Shown piece after piece: positions 8,320-9,088 of a stretch of 9,088 nt of DNA; positions within the stretch are counted from its first letter, which is position 1, and each line of letters starts with the position of its first letter. The DNA is from Azolla caroliniana. Its lineage: Eukaryota > Plantae > Polypodiophyta. Both the position numbers and the translations under genes were made by a program. The stretch is from NCBI GenBank assembly GCA_043228905.1, contig JBHGNT010001390.1, positions 1-9,088 of the forward strand, written 5' to 3'. Below the pieces are notes generated by a model that was not told the origin of the DNA, did no database searches, and worked only from the letters and a program-made list of their open reading frames with translations.

Positions 8320-8390
8320 GTGGATGCAAGGCTTGAACCTTGCACCTCCAAGATAGGAGACAAATTAACTTACCACTAAAGGCACTACTA
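8320..8390 (-). other. tRNA-like / SINE-head-like module with Pol III A-box-like and B-box motifs
   Basis: Minus strand: A-box-like TGCCTTTAGTGG (8384-8373) and B-box GGTTCAAGCC (8339-8330) at tRNA-like spacing, a 7-bp hairpin TGCAAGG-ttcaag-CCTTGCA (8344-8325), and a small stem CTCC-tatctt-GGAG between them. No acceptor stem. Confidence 0.5.
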
Positions 8391-8469
8391 AGTGCTTTAG
8401 AATTTGTATATTTTCTTTTCATATTCAGTATTTTGTAGGAAACAAAACATATAGAAACCGTGGGCACAA

Positions 8470-8534
8470 AACCATGGTTTGAGCTCGTGGTTTTAACCCA
8501 TGGTTTCAGCCCGTGGGTTTAGCCCATGGTTTTT
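8470..8534. repeat. 5 x 13-bp tandem repeat, consensus GCCCATGGTTTTA
   Basis: aaccatggtttga gctcgtggtttta acccatggtttca gcccgtgggttta gcccatggttttt. Confidence 0.85.
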
Positions 8535-8646
8535 GCATGGAGAGACCTATAAAAGCCTATAGTTGGGCTTGTGTAAGGAGGCAAGTGATGTAAGTAAAAC
8601 AGAAATTTTTAATCAAAGATCTGAGTTATCCTAATGGTGATGTATC

Positions 8647-9088
8647 TTGTCGGATTCGGATATGTTGGTTGATGCAGATACAAGCCAGTCGACATCCAGA
8701 TATGTCATGACTTATGTAGGGGGAGTTATCTCGTCGCAATCGAGACTACAAAAGACGGTTGCGTTGTCAACCACGGAGGCAAAGTACATGGCAGTTGTGG
8801 AAGCCGGCAAGGAGATAATCTGGATGAAGGACTTCATTGAAGAGCTAGGGATCCAACAGGAGGAATACCAGCTCTACTGCGACAGTCAAAACGTCATCCA
8901 CCTTGCAAAGAACGCGGCCTACCATTCCCAGACGAAACATATCCAACGAAGGTACCACTTGATCCGCGAGAGAGTAGAAGATCAAGAGTTCGTGCTGACG
9001 AAGATCCACACGGAGGAGAACGGGTCGGACATGTTGCCAAGGTCCTGACAACCGACAAGCTAGACGTGTGCCGAAAGCGGATCGAGCT
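8647..9088 (+). mobile_element. Ty1/copia RNase H domain fragment (degenerate pol C-terminus)
   Basis: DSDM...STSRYVMTYVGGVISSQSRLQKTVALSTTEAKYMA...LYCDSQNVIHLAKNAAYHSQTKHIQRRYHLIRE...KIHTEENGSDML, then a 1-nt frameshift near 9037 continuing KVLTTDKLDVCRKRIE. Conserved positions are altered (SWQS to SSQS, EAEY to EAKY). Confidence 0.95.

Larger units (their letters stand above)
8267..8645 (+). mobile_element. Second, unrelated LTR-like segment (boundaries uncertain)
   Basis: AT-rich block that is not alignable by eye to 4225-5019. It contains a 13-bp minisatellite followed by ccTATAAAAg (8546-8555), an arrangement typical of LTR U3 regions. No PBS was seen after it. Confidence 0.35.

Noticed and set aside
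8320-8390. Functional tRNA gene
   Set aside because: No acceptor stem, a 6-nt anticodon-like loop and a poor D-arm.
8470-8534. Telomeric repeat or CRISPR array
   Set aside because: The 13-bp period does not fit TTTAGGG, there are no spacers, and the context is eukaryotic.

Overview
Eukaryotic, almost certainly land-plant nuclear DNA; the PPR motif style suggests a fern or related non-seed plant (inference). The main feature is missing from the ORF track because its stop lies outside the window. It is an uninterrupted minus-strand ORF of at least 756 codons (2270 to <1) encoding a PLS-class pentatricopeptide repeat protein with 21 motifs in a strict 102-aa period (P35, L36, S31), a likely organellar RNA-editing factor. 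Every L motif is 36 aa, the type reported in hornwort/fern factors linked to reverse (U-to-C) editing, but the deciding C-terminal domain is off-window. The rest is a retroelement mosaic. A tandemly duplicated Ty1/copia RT remnant lies at ~2776-3334. A degenerate Ty3/gypsy-like element has an LTR ending at 5019, a tRNA-Trp primer-binding site (5024-5041) and a broken gag, followed by (CT)21 and an acidic repeat-built reading frame where pol would be expected. An LTR-like segment (~8267-8645) holds a tRNA-like A/B-box module and a 13-bp minisatellite, and a copia RNase H fragment runs from 8647 to the end.
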